From the NCBI GenBank assembly GCA_026770705.1, contig JANJGN010000015.1, positions 32,488,001 to 32,552,000 on the forward strand: DNA of 64,000 bases, written 5' to 3'. Shown piece by piece: positions 1 through 12,694 of this stretch. Within the stretch, counting starts at the first letter, position 1, and each line of letters starts with the position of its first letter. Origin of the DNA: Isurus oxyrinchus (lineage: Eukaryota). Both the position numbers and the translations under genes were made by a program. The notes beneath the pieces were generated by a model, which saw only the letters and a list, made by a program, of their open reading frames with translations, did not search any database and was not told where the DNA came from.

Positions 1-2375
1 GCTGCCAGTGGGAAATCATGCCAGTCCAGCAGACATCTGAAGAAGACCTGGGCCAGCCTGCAGAGATCGGATGGTGGCCTCCAGCGACCGTGGACCCTAG
101 AATACGGTGTGCAGCTGTGGGTGGGTGGAGTTTCAACCACATGGATCCTCTAACTACAGCAACTTCTGGAAAGTGGATCTCCAAGCTGCAGGTGGATGGC
201 TGCAGGAGGTACTGTTGGACGGCTTTGGTCTGTGCTGGTTGGGATGGGGTGGTTGGGGTGGGGGGGGGTGGAATTTGACAGGAAGGAGAGGAATGAAGAG
301 ATGGGGTGAGTGTGGAGGTCCAGAAAGGAGTGGGGGAGGTTGAGGGTGTTAGGGGAAAGAGAGAGATGCTGCGGCGGCAGTCAAATGGGTGAGGTGGTAT
401 GGAATGGGAGGGTGGTAAGGGCCATGCTGGAATATGGGTTGCGGGGAAGGTTGGATTTGTGTGCAGGTGTGAACAAGCATGGCTGCGGGGGTGGGGGGGT
501 GGGGTGGTGTGCAGGTATGAATGGGCATAGGGGATGTGCAGGTTTGAATGGGCATAGGGGATGTGCAGGTTTGAATGGGCATAGGGGATGTGCAGGTGTG
601 AACCGGGATGGGGGAGGGGAATGCAGGTGTGAATGGAGATGGTGGGGGCCGGGGGAGAGGGGAAAGAGTTTCAGAGCGAAAGGCCTGTAGGGTCAATTGA
701 GGAGTCCTGAGCAGCAAACTCAGGCAATCAGCGATAGAAAGGAATAGTGAGGGTTAAAGAGGGCAGTGAGAGCTAATAGGGTGGGAAGGAGAGGGTTCAG
801 CGATAGCAGGTGAAGGGGCACTGAGGGTTGTTGGAGGGGATGCAGAATGAGAGGCAGGTTTACGGGGTCAGCAGAATGAGTGGGGGCAGATCTGTCACAG
901 GGTTGGGTTCTTCAAGAAGGTAGGGGGCTTCACCTGTACCTGAGGGTGATGGGAGAAGTTTGAAGGGTACCCATCAGAAGGCTAAATGTTGCACCGGAGA
1001 AGGGGGCAGGGGAGTCAGTGGTTATAGGTGGGGGGAGGTGTGGGTTACAGGGACGGGGTAAAGTTTTTTGACTCGTGATGAAGGTCACAAAAACCATGCC
1101 TGCTCCAAACTATGCAGAGCCTTGTGGTGGAGATCTCAAGATGCTGTATAGCAGTTGGGTCATCGGGGGTTGGCGGAGTTGAGGTCCCAGGGGTGTTCAA
1201 CAGCCACTCCTTCTCCCTTTGGGTACCCGAGGACCCCTGCCTCACTCCTTGAGGGGAAGGGGCACCTGAAGGGAGGTCAAGGTTCCCCTTCCCCCTTTCA
1301 TGTAACCGCAGCAAAAGTTCACCCGCAATTACAGTGATGGAGTGCAGGTCTGCGCGCACCTCCAGCAGAAACTGGGCATTCTGCTGGACCAAGTTCTCCA
1401 CGGCGTCTGCCACCCTCCCTATGGAGACCTCAATGCGCACACATTCAGTGCCACTTATCACAGAACAGACAGGCAGAATCCTCTATCTCACTTGCCACTC
1501 TGCCTGGTATTCCCCTGCCTCTTGTAGCATCCCCAGCATCGCATGGGCATCGCAGATGCCTTTTCTCCAGCAGTCCTCGGAGTGCCAGTGAGCTTGGCTG
1601 ACCCTGCCTCCTCCTGCTGCAGACACGTTTCTGTGCAGTGACCACCAGAATGTGAGACCCGGGCTGAACTACATCTAGTACCCACCAAGGCGTGTGTCTG
1701 CGCTGGTAGAGGGTGGAGGTGACTGCTGTGACGGTTCTACAGGTGCACTTGCTTCCTCCTCCCCAAGGTCCTCGGTCCTCTGTGGGCTGGACGAGCTGCT
1801 GGTTAGGGTCTCCTCTTATTCCCTTCCCCTCTTCCTGCTGGCACCTGTAAGTGAGAAGAGAGTGCGAGCGACTGCATGAGCTGCTTATGACATGAAGGAA
1901 CACATGAAGCTTAGGTTTCTGTACGACATGCATAGATCCTTACTGGATGGAGGCCACCTACTGACCAGGCCTTGGGCACTGACCTCCTTGGAGATTTTCT
2001 TCCATGCTGGGTTGGTCTGATGGCTCGGTCCCCACCTTCCATCTTCTGGGTAGGGAACAGACGTCCTGGCCTCCACTGCATTGGAAAGGACCTCCAAGGA
2101 TGCGTTACTGAATCTGGGAGTCAGAGTTCCCTGTGATTGGCGGACCATCTCCTCCTTCAATGGCAGGTAAGTGTGATGTCCAGTGCTTTTTAAATATGGC
2201 GCCCAGATATGATGCCGGGGCATGTCATCCAACCTGCTCCACTGTGAGAAGCGTTGGGAAACCCCTGACTGCATAATTAATAAAGCCGGCATCACGTGAT
2301 ATGGCGCAAATTCCCACCAACCTCCACAGCAGGAAACACTCCCGGTTCCCACCTCCGCCATGGGACATAGCCCTG
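1..2375 (-). mobile_element. Decayed PIF/Harbinger transposon, Myb/SANT-gene half, running off the window start
   Basis: Minus-strand remnant PRFSNASLEVLSNAVEAR...PAWKKISKEVSA (about 1950-2150) resembles a Myb/SANT-like DNA-binding domain. The 1045-1461 remnant (EVSIGRVADAVENLVQQ...ERGKGNLDL) aligns by eye with remnants at 19082-19744 and 55382-55918. The right boundary is approximate. Confidence 0.7.
502..612 (+). repeat. 27-bp minisatellite in a G-rich tract
   Basis: Unit GGTTTGAATGGGCATAGGGGATGTGCA, about 3-4 copies, inside a G-rich region at about 230-1050. Confidence 0.85.
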
Positions 2376-2429
2376 GAATTGCAAATTCCTACCCACCATT
2401 TTTGAAATCCCTATATTTATACTTTCTGA

Positions 2430-3080
2430 TATCAGCTAACATGCTAGTGAATCTATCCTGTTAACTCTCAAGCTTCAATGTCCTTTCTATAGCGTGGACC
2501 CCAATACCACACGTAGTTCTCTAATTGAGGTCTGAATAAGGTCGTATACACACTTTTCTTTATCTTCTGTTTTTCATATTCTACACCTCTTGTGATAAAA
2601 TTTAGAAATCTGTTAGCTTTATTATGATCTTATCAACCTGAGATCCTGTCTTTCAGGTCCTGTGGACCTGAACCCCAGAACCTCAGCTCTTCTGCAGCAT
2701 CAAGGTACATCCATTCATAGTAAAATTCCTGTTTCTTTTCAGCAAAATATATCATCTCACACTTACTGATATTAAATTCCATTTACCACTTTCTATCCCA
2801 TTCCTTAGCTAGTCAATGAATTCACTGTAACTCCTATTTTGACGTAATTGTGAATGTCAACATCACTTCCTGTAGGTCCAAATCCAAATCATTGATATAT
2901 ACAGTTCCGTTTCCCTCTACCATGTCTGTTCCTTCCCAAAGAATGCTAATAAGTTTGTCCAGCGTAATTGCTCCTTTTGAAATCTATGCTGGATACTTCA
3001 AGGTATTTGCTCTATCTAGATTCACGGTCATTTTCACCCTTAATGAGTTCATTAGAGTAATCCCACCCTCCTACTCACAC
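2430..3080 (-). mobile_element. Old CR1-type LINE fragment
   Basis: Degenerate similarity to the CR1 at 26137-28605 (ATTAAATTCCATTTACCAC, CCAAATCATTGATATA). Boundaries are approximate. Confidence 0.45.
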
Positions 3081-3324
3081 CCACGGTCTTTAATATTGCT
3101 GTTTTTTACACAAATTTCCTTTGAAAAGCATTTATGGGGTCTGCTTCGACAGCAGTTTTGGCAGAGAATTCCAACAGAAATATCCGTGGCAAAAATATGA
3201 GGTTTGTTTGCCAATGTGTTCAGGACTTTTTTTTTAGATTCATATCCTGCCACTGCAACAAGATTCACCACTTGAAATAAAAAAAAAGGTGCTGAAAAAA
3301 TCGAGCAGGCCTGGCAACTGTTAA

Positions 3325-3460
3325 AACAGCTCAGAAGAAGAGTCACATTGGACTTGAAACATGAACTCTGTTTCTCTCTCCACAGAAGTTGCTGAGTTTT
3401 TCTGACACTTTCTGTTTTAATTTCAGATCTCCAGCATCCACAGTATTTTGCTTTTGTTTG
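3325..3460 (+). mobile_element. Penelope-like terminal (pLTR) fragment with a degenerate hammerhead motif
   Basis: CAGAAGA-A-GAGTC-ACATTG-GACTT-GAAAC followed by GCTGAGTTTTTC...CAGCATCC is homologous to 15540-15670. Confidence 0.6.
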
Positions 3461-4084
3461 AGATCCATTACTTCGCCTGGTTCTGAGTCAGGAAGCAGAG
3501 CAAGTAGACAATTTAAAAGTTGGGGAACATTAAGAAATCAGAGCTATAGTGTCATCAGATTCAGTGTAAGAATAGTAAAAGGAAGATTGAAGGCAGGAAT
3601 ACTTGACTGAGATAGAGCAAATAACAGTCATAAAAAAAGCATTAGCTAGATTAAGTAGAAGGCAAAATAGTAAATAGAGCCACAAATCAACAACGGGAAA
3701 TATTTAAACAATAAGTGGAAAGAATACAAAACAAGCACATTTCATTGCGGGAGAATGGGAATCGGAAAGGATGGGGGTTTCATGGATTTAGATCCAATTT
3801 GAAACTGACATGTCGAATAAAGAAAGAAAATCAAGACAAATGAATGAAGGAAGGAAAGATACACTAAAGCATATTAAAAATTTAAGAGCTAAGAGAGAAA
3901 GTTAGTAAAAATACATAAGAGCAATAAAACACTTTCTATAAGCATGATAGTAGAGAGAAGATAATCAAGGCAAGGATGAAGGAGGCAAGTTTGTAATGGA
4001 GATGGAGAGAATGACTGTGATATTAGGTAAGTGTTTTGTCTCAGTTTTGTCAGAGAAGATAAATATTGAAATTTTAGAACAACC

Positions 4085-4860
4085 AAAGGTGGTCATTATT
4101 AATGGAGGCAATTCAAAGGGAAATAGCACTATAGAAATTGTTTAAACTTAAGGTACATAAATTACAAAGATCTAATGGATTATGTCAAAGGATCCTGGGG
4201 GAAAAGTGGAAGAAATAACAAGAACGTTTGACTACAATTTTCCAAAATTTTGCAGAGAGGAAACCTGCTTAGAGAGCTGTAGAGTGGCTTTTTTTTATTC
4301 GTTCATGGGATGTGGGCGACACTGGCTAGGCCAGCATTTATTCCCCATCCCTAATTGCCCTTGAGAAGGTGGTGGTGAGCTGTAACTATGTTTTTTGTTT
4401 TAAAAAAGACAGAAAAACATCGCGCAAAAAGGGCCAACCTGTTACTTCAAATTACTGCAGTAATAATATGGCAAGCAATTACTAAGCCCTTAGAGAAATA
4501 GGAGTAAATCAGAGACAGTCAGCATGGACTTCTAAACAGAAGGATGTAGGTATGGGATGTAGCTTACACGGATTTGAAACGATACATTTGATAGGGTACT
4601 TAAGTAAGAGATTTATGGCAAGTATAACACACACACAGGTATGTGGCCATATAGATAGAGAAATGGTTGGAAAATGGAAAGTTAAAAGGCAAGAACAAAA
4701 TAGATTTTCAACAACTGAAAAGATTTGGTGAATGGTAATTTACAGAGATTTGTGTTGGTGTCTCTGCTATTTACTGCAACATAAATGCCCTGGACTTACA
4801 AAATAAGGCACCAATGTTGAAATTTGCTGGAGTTACCAAATTGTGTCAAGGACAGTGAAA
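4085..4860 (+). mobile_element. Old CR1-type RT fragment interrupted by a LINE/SINE 3' tail at about 4290-4385 (-)
   Basis: Degenerate RT motifs: AGTCAGCATGGACTT (SQHG), TGTGTTGGTGTCTCTGCTATTT, AAATTTGCTG. Confidence 0.45.
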
Positions 4861-5034
4861 GCCTGTAGCATGGTTTTATGCCAGTGGGAACAGAGAGATA
4901 AAGTTTTTACAGTAATTTTAATCGCACACCGTTCATATTTTATTTCACTGGAGCCAAGAAGGTGGTTTGATACACGTAAGTAAGGGTTATGAAAAGGTCA
5001 CAGGTTGTGTCTATTAGTTGAAAAGACTGGGAAG

Positions 5035-6025
5035 CAACAACTTGTATTAAGTAGCACCTTTAACACAGTGAAACATTGTAAGATGCTTCACAGCAGCATT
5101 ATCAAATGAACATTTGACACCAAATCAAGGAATCAGATATTAGGACACTGATCAAAAGCTTGGTCAAAGAAGTAGGCTTTAAGGAGAGTCTTAAAGGTGG
5201 AGAGAGAAATAGACCGGGATTTTCCGGCCCCATCACAGGTGGGACCCGCCTCGGGCGAGGCGGCGCCCCAGCCAGAAGTCCATTGATCTACGGTGGGACC
5301 GGAAGATCCCAGCGGCGGGCAGGTGCGGAAAATCCCGCCCATAGAAAGGCAGTGAGGTTCAGCAAAGGAATTCTAGAGCTTAGGGGCTGGGCAGCTGAAG
5401 GCACAGCCTTCAGTCCAATGATGGAACAATTAAAATTGGGGATGCGCAAGAGGTCGGAATTGGAGAAGTGCAATGATCTCTGTTGGGCTGGAGGAGGCTA
5501 CACAGGTTGGGAGAGGTGAGACCATGAAGGGATTCGAAAAGAAGGAGAACTTTAAAATTAAGTACAGGGTTGATAGGCAAACAGGATTTAGTGAGAGCAG
5601 GAGAGTTCTGCATTATTTCAAGTTTTTGGAACATAGTAGAAAGGAGGCTGACCAGAAGAGTATTGAAATAGTTAAGCCTAGTGGTAACAAAGGCACTGGT
5701 GAGGGTTTCAGCAGCAAATGGGCTAAGGCAGAGATGGTCAATGCTATGGAAGTTAAGTCTTGGTGATGTAATTGCTAGTTCATCTACGAGTTAAGGTTGT
5801 GAATGGTCTAGCCCAGGTTCAGACAGTTGACATGGAGAGGCATGGAATCGGTGGCTAGGGAGTGAAGTTTGTGGTAGGGACTGAAAGCAGTGGATCTGGT
5901 TTCACAATATTTAGTTGGAGGAAACCTACTCATCCAGTACTATATGTCAAATAAGCAGTGTTATGAATCAGAGATAATGGATGGGTCAAGACAAGTGATG
6001 GTGAGGAGATAGGGTGTCATCAGCC
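5035..6025 (-). mobile_element. L2-like LINE 3' fragment
   Basis: Minus-strand remnants FKTLLKAYFFDQAF and LPINPVLNFKVLLLFESLHGLTSPNL resemble the L2 ORF2 C-terminus. An opposite-orientation relative lies at 39745-40440. Confidence 0.65.
5212..5340. mobile_element. 129-bp Harbinger-type mini-MITE inside the L2 fragment
   Basis: Ends GACCGGGATTTTCCG / CGGAAAATCCCGCCC, with ATA on both flanks. Confidence 0.8.
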
Positions 6026-6149
6026 TGATGCTGTGGATTGGAACATGCATTTTATGTTGCCTTTTATTTTTGTGAAGCTGAAAAGATGGTAAGTGATAAA
6101 GAAAGACAAAGGAGCTTGGGTCGGTTGGTGAATGAGGAGGTGTGGTTGA

Positions 6150-6855
6150 GTTTGTTAGTATCACTCATTAATTATTTCACCATGCAGAGGCAGAAAGGAG
6201 TTGTCTACAGGGAAGCCTTCATTTCTCTTTCTGATTCTCCACTTCCTGTTGCTCTTCCACTTCCTCTTCCTCCTTTTTCTCCTCTCCCTCATAAACCTGC
6301 TCCTCAGCTTCTCAGCGGATAGGTGGAGGCAGAGCTGTTACATGGTAGCCCAGGCAGCAGAAGTGTTGCTCAAAGATGCCAATGGTGTGCTCCATAATGT
6401 GCCTTGTGGCAGTAGGACTCACATTATAGACTTGCTGTACACGTGACCATAGGTTCCAGACCAGAATCATGAGCCCTATCATGAGTAGATAACCCTTGTC
6501 TGCCAATAGCCAACATTTGACTTGCTCTGGTGGGTCAAATAGGGTGGCATTGAGAATTGCCACAGGATGAAGGAATCATGTACTGCCAGAATAGTGGGCA
6601 TTCACCTGCATGAACATGATGTACTGCCTGCGTCTGTACATCAACTGCATATTGAGATATTGGAACCCCTTTCAATTCACACAAAGTAATGAGCAAGTAG
6701 TCAATGGCACCCTGAGCATGGAGATGTCAGCAATTGGATCAAACCCTTAAGCTCTCTGTGTCTGCTTGTCTCTAGCAAGAGGGAATGAGATGAATCTGTC
6801 TCGTTTTGAATAGATAGCCTCAGCCTCACTGCAGTGTATTGCAAATTGCGAGATT
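6150..6855 (-). pseudogene. Harbinger (HARBI1-like) DDE transposase remnant
   Basis: WLLADKGY...YN...ATRHIMEHTIGIFEQHFCCL matches the Harbinger pattern LLGDxGY...YN..H..TR..IE.TFG.LK.RF.CL. It is disrupted by stops and frameshifts. Confidence 0.8.
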
Positions 6856-7214
6856 GTTATGACACAGCCGTTTATAAAGACTGAGTTATTTAAAATCCCA
6901 GAGAGAGACTTTAAACAACTGTCATAACCTATATTTTCAATTGGTATATTTTGAGTTGCAGCTCTAAATTCAGGAATAAGATCACCAGTTCTCGAAAGGT
7001 TTTTATATCAAACTAAATGAAACATTTATCAACATACAACCAATTAAACACATGCACATGGCTACAAATTACTACTATCATAACTTTTAACAAGTACCCA
7101 AATTAATCTCCAGGAAGGCAACACATCTCAAGCATTGGTCGTTGTTGAAGTTAAGAGGATTGCTTCCGAGAGATCTTTGGTAGATATGGTCACCTGTTGA
7201 GACCCCTTCTCAGA

Positions 7215-7835
7215 ATTGAATCAGAGAATTGCTACAGCACTGAAGGAGGCCATTTGGCCCATTGTGTTGCACCGGCTCTCTGAATGAGCAATTCCCTTAG
7301 TGCTACCCTCCAACCTTCTCCTCGTAACCTTGCACATTCTTCCTTTTCAGAAAACATTCTAACTCCCTTTTGAGTGTTTCAATTGAACCTACCTCCACCA
7401 CACTCTCAGGCAGTGCAATCCAGACCTTAACCATTTGCTGTGTGAAGAAGTTTTTTCTCATATCACTTTTGCCTTTTTGCTAATTACTTTAAATCTGTGC
7501 CCTCTCCTTCTTGACCCTTTCACAAGTGGGAACAGTTTCTCCCTATCTACTCTATCCGGATCCCTCATGATTTTGAATACCTTTATCAAATCTTCTCTCA
7601 GCCTTCTCTTCTCCAAGGAAAACATTCCTACCTTCTCCAACCTATCTTCATAACTGAAGTTCCTCATCTCTGGAATCATTCTCCTGAATCTTTTCTGCAC
7701 TCTCTCTAATTACTTCACATCTTTCCTAAAGTGTATTGCCCAGAACTGAACGCAGTACTCCAGCTGAAGCTGAATAAGTGTCTTATACAAGTTCAACATA
7801 ACCTCCTTGCTCTTGTACTCTGTGTACTCTATGCA
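7215..7835 (-). mobile_element. CR1 LINE 3' fragment
   Basis: QKRFRRMIPEMRNFSYEDRLEKVGMFSLEKRRLREDLIKVFKIM matches the CR1 ORF2 C-terminus, followed by a CR1-like 3' UTR. Confidence 0.9.
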
Positions 7836-10800
7836 AAGTGTATTTTTTCTGTTAACAAAGCCCACTTACATGGATAGAAATAGCACATTATGCAGGTGAA
7901 TTGGTTGGTGCTAATTGCTGCAAGGTTTTGCATTTTTAAAGTTGGAACTGAAACCAGGAGTCATGCACCAATAGAATATATCACTGTTAGTTCAAGATAT
8001 TTTCACTTGTACAAAGGAATGTTGTTTGCAGTGCTTGAGGTTCAAGTGTTTTGGATATTACTGTCTAGTTATTAAATAGGGCCAGGTTCAAACAAACAGA
8101 ACTGGTTGCATAAATATGAACAATCAAGTTGTGTGTAATTGTCTGTCAAAGCCCGTGGTTGTAAAGTACTGAAACCTGAGCTTTCTATGGGATTTATAAA
8201 TAGAAGCATAGAGTACAAAAAACAAGGAGTTTTGCTAAACCTTTATAAAACAATTCAACCCCAATGTAACCATGATTCCCAATTCTGGGCACCTGAAGGA
8301 TGTGAGGGAGAGGGTTAAAGGTGGTGGGGGGAAAGATAAAGGGCCCAGAAACAGGAGAAGTGCCAGGGCCCATGATTTCTCTCCCCGGCCCTGCCATTAA
8401 CCACTACTCTGTGTTTCCTGTCACTCAGCCAATTTCATATACATTCTTATTCTCCTCCACCCTCTTCTGGTAGCTTGCCTACTCTGCATAGCCTATCGTC
8501 CCTCTACCAGTCATGCACAATTGGAAGAGGAAGGCCTACCAGGTCACCCATGTCTGGAGAAACTTATTTCAGCACAAATCTTTTAGCCACAAAAATCATA
8601 CCATGCCACCAGCCAGACCACTCCCCGCAGACTATTGAAACTTTAGACGAGTATAGAAGAGCTCCAAAAAGCACTGGATTGCTCCAATAGCCAGAAGAAT
8701 TAATGAAGCACCCCACCTTTAAGTGGTTCATAAACTCTGCAAGTAATGAATGTGGCAAGCACTTCATAGTGTATATTGATATCATGATCTGCTGGTTTTT
8801 TATGCCGCCAAAGATTGTCTGCATGCTTACAAGCCTCTTTGCACAAAGAGTGTCCAGCACACTTCCCACTGGAAATATGCAGACACATCTTGGAGGCTAT
8901 TTTCAAACATTGGAAGGCTGATTAGGCCTAAAAAAAGGATGCTTCTGAACCCAGTTTATCACCCTATAAATATTAAAGAATTCAATAGTTCCTTCAAGAA
9001 GGGAAGTATTGAAAACTGAGGAGTAAATTATGCAAGGGGATGAGATTAATTGGTGCATTTGGAGAATTATGCAGAAAGATTTAAAAGGCTCAATAGTCTT
9101 GTTTTTTGGTTTAAGAATACATGATTCTAATTTTACATTCTAAATTTAGTCAGTGTAAGTAAATGCAGATTTAAAATTTAAAATGCAGATTTCAGGTTAC
9201 TATCAGATCAGCCATGATCTTATTAAATGGCAGAGCAGGCTCGAGGGGCTGAATGTCCTACTCCTGCTCCTTGTTAGGTGTGTTCGTATAAATCTTCCCT
9301 AACTTTCTCTTTCGGTCCCATTTTGATTGTTAAACTTGTGCCCACTCATTACTGTCTCCCCAACCAATGACAATTAGCTTCAATCTATCATATTCTGATC
9401 TCTACCAAGTCACTGCTTTCTGAGCACCACTGAAAAATGGCCTAGCTAGAATTACAATCTATGGTACATTCCTATTATTTGGGTACAAAGCCTTATTATT
9501 GTGACCTTCCAGATCCTTTCCTGGAGCATTAATGTTGCTCTGCTTTGCCTAAATAACATACTGGATAAAGGTACGACCCATTGTGCACAAAGGTTACAGA
9601 TCCCATTTCTGTGGATCTCAGACAGGATAGCAGTTGGAACACTGTAGTTGGCTTCAACTGGGAGGGGGCTAAGGATGAGGGGGTGGGGGAGGGGGGATTC
9701 AGCCAATGCCCCATCTTCTGCTTGCTGTCCCTTAACCCTTCATTTGGAAATGTGCATGTGGATGCCTGGTGATCAGCTCAAATAAATAACCTGCTGACTC
9801 TTGTCATCTAAATATAAACTCCTATTCAGGAATGGCTACTTGAAAGAGCTGCCAGAGAATTGCTAGGTTTTGACAAGTTGCTACTGTATTCCAGCAAGAG
9901 CCAGGGCTCAGAAGAGGAAAGGGGATAATTGGAGTAAAGAGTAGTTTCTCATTTGTGAATAGTGTCTTGTGAAATTTTGAAGAACTGAATGGCTTCTTGC
10001 TCTAGATTTGTCAGAAAAGACAACAAAAATGATTCCACAATATAATTTGGATTCTTGATAGAGTACTTTGATGAGTGAAAAAATATAATTCCTGTTGTTG
10101 CAGTGTTTTATTTGTTAATAACAACATTAATGTTCAAATCACCTTAAAAACATTGTTTATGATGTTTACTGTCTCACACCCGACAGTCATGTACTCCTGG
10201 CTCACACCTTCATTCCGAACAATTCCCATCTCAATGCCACCATCTGTCTGAATCACTCTCAAAACTTTGAATGGATTATTCACGTGGAATGGAAATGTGG
10301 AAACTAAAACATGGAATGGAATAACTTTGTAATATTTATTGGCAGGGGAATATTACACACCACCGGAGAATACGCATCATGCAACAGGTCATAAATTAAT
10401 CTCTTCATTTGTGCCTCAAACCAGAGATCCATAAAACATCGCCTATGTACTGTAGGGAATAATTTATATGGTAATAATTAATCCCTTCTGTGAAAAACAT
10501 CTCATCTGCCTCAAAGCACCAATCAGCGATAGCATTCATTTAAGAGTCCCTGGGCCACAGACACTCGTTAAACCAACAAAACATACCTTTTTTTTACTGA
10601 TCAGGTTTGTCAGAAAGTTATCTGTGTTATGAAGTTCATCATTTGAGTGTAGCTATGCTTTTTACTGATCTGACATCAAAGCCCATTTGAGGACTGTTAT
10701 GCCAAAAAGAGCCCCATTTAAAAAGATATATTTGAACAGTATTGTTTCTTGCAACTATGCCAGTTCATTCACGCCACCAGTGTACAGATTGATGAGCATT

Positions 10801-11004
10801 AATTTTGCCTTATTTGTTTGCCTGTCTTTCATCAGCCAGTTTCCATAATATATTGTCAGCCATAATATATTGTTTAGCAATAAGTTTACCTCAATTTTAA
10901 ATTTAAAGTCACATTATTTTCTAGTTTTCAGGTTTCTCTGCAAAGGAAATATGGCTGATCAACTAAAAAGATTTTGGAGTTCAGTGACATCATACTGACA
11001 TCAG

Positions 11005-11669
11005 GGACAGAAATTTTATGTTGGGACCCCTGCATCGGGGTCAAATGGGGGTAACAACCCTGGAATGTGTCAGGAGCAGTCACCTGACAGTGAGTTTCCC
11101 TGAATTAGCCAATTAATGGCCAGAGGACATATTTGCCATCCTTAAGGATGATGGATGGACTCTCAAAGCTGGAGGGCTAATAGGAGGCCCTTCAGCCTGG
11201 GAGCAACTGTAAACTGCCATTACAGGTAAGGGAGAGAGAGGGGGCCTCCATCTTCAGGCTTCCTTTCAGCATCTTTAAAATAAATTGAAATACAAAATGG
11301 CCACAGCAAGGCCTGCAGCCATAGATGTAACCAGATAGGCATGAAGAGCCTCAATGGAACACAGACTGCCACCCTGGTCTGCCATCTGGAGGCTGCCTCC
11401 AGGCAGCTGATCTGTCTCAATACTGGGGGGGGCCCGCAGGCCAACTGGAAGCTGCCAGTCAGCCCCTGATATTTGGCCTTATTTGGCCCTTAATTTACCT
11501 TAACTTGCTACTCACCTCTTTCAGGCAGGTAGCTCTTTTGCCCCCAATCCCGCCTCTGGGGAAAAAAGCCTGGGAGTGCGATGGTACTGGCAAACAAACA
11601 CACTGGTGGCACAAAATTTTGCACCACCTGCCTCTCTTCTGATCCCCATATCAGACAAAATTTCAGCTC
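11005..11669. mobile_element. Harbinger-type MITE
   Basis: Imperfect ends GGACAGAAATTTT / AAAATTTCAGCTC, CAG on both flanks, GC-rich interior. Confidence 0.55.
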
Positions 11670-12091
11670 CAGTTATGTTGTGACTGACCAACATATGGTC
11701 ATTGGTAGCGATAGATTGCAAAGATGGAAAACTGAGCTTGAAGCTTGATCAATATGAAATTAAGAACTGATATTGGAGCTTTGGGTCTGGCAAAGAGGTG
11801 ATCTTCTACGTGCTTTCAAACCTCAAAATAGTGGATTGCTACTATCCAGATTTTCCATTCTAAAATGCCAAAATTAAGTCCAGCTCATGATTTTGAACGA
11901 CTTAAGCTTCGCTGTTGTGGCTTGCAAAATCCCATGAACCTCTTTCTTTTACTTTTGTCCAATATCTCCCAGATACACATATGATGTTCACATTACTAAG
12001 CTAGTAGTTTCGATGTTGAAAGAACAAATGTGCTATTTAGTGTTGTATTTAAATTGGTTTTCTAAAGACACTTTTATATGTGTATTTCCAG

Positions 12092-12160
12092 CCTGGAGCT
12101 CTAAGTATCATGGAATCTGCCCCCAAAAGAAATAACATCCACAGAACAAAGGTCAAATTG
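12092..12160 (+). CDS. RGS11: RGS11 internal exon, 69 nt, phase 0-0: PGALSIMESAPKRNNIHRTKVKL
   Basis: ttccag acceptor and gtaagt donor. The 23 codons match the length and position of human RGS11 PGAPDVLEQGPGRGSCAASRVLM (recalled sequence). Confidence 0.85.
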
Positions 12161-12694
12161 GTAAGTATTTTATCTTCAATATTCTTCTAAATTAACATTG
12201 TACAATGGCTTTTGAAGTTGCTCAAGTATGTATCCAGTTCCCTTTGGAATTTACTATTGAACAGCTTCCATCACCCTTTCAGGTAGCAAATTCCAATTGT
12301 AACTTACTGCATAAAAACATTCTCATCTCCCCTGTTTCTTTTGTCAATCTGTGTTTTTCTATGTCCTTTGGTTACTATAGTTTCTCCTTATTTACTCTAT
12401 CAGAACCCTTCATAATTAGAACAGCTCTATTAAACCTGCCTTCGCATCCTCTACTCTGGAGAGAACAATCTCAGCTAGTCTTTGCATGGAACTGAAGTTC
12501 CTTATTCTTGGTGACACTAATACATCTCCTCTTCACTCTCCATTAATCTTATTTTTTTTGCAGGATTTCTCCATACATAAATATTACTGACCTTAAATTG
12601 CCCCAATCCCAGACAAACCTGCCAAGAGTGCACCAAAAATATTTTAAAATTAAGCCTTCCCCAAACTCCTCAAATTCTCTTACATCTCCTCTCC

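Noticed and set aside
8475-8921. Cluster of short Cys/His-containing ORFs
   Set aside because: No recognisable family and no convincing splice signals.
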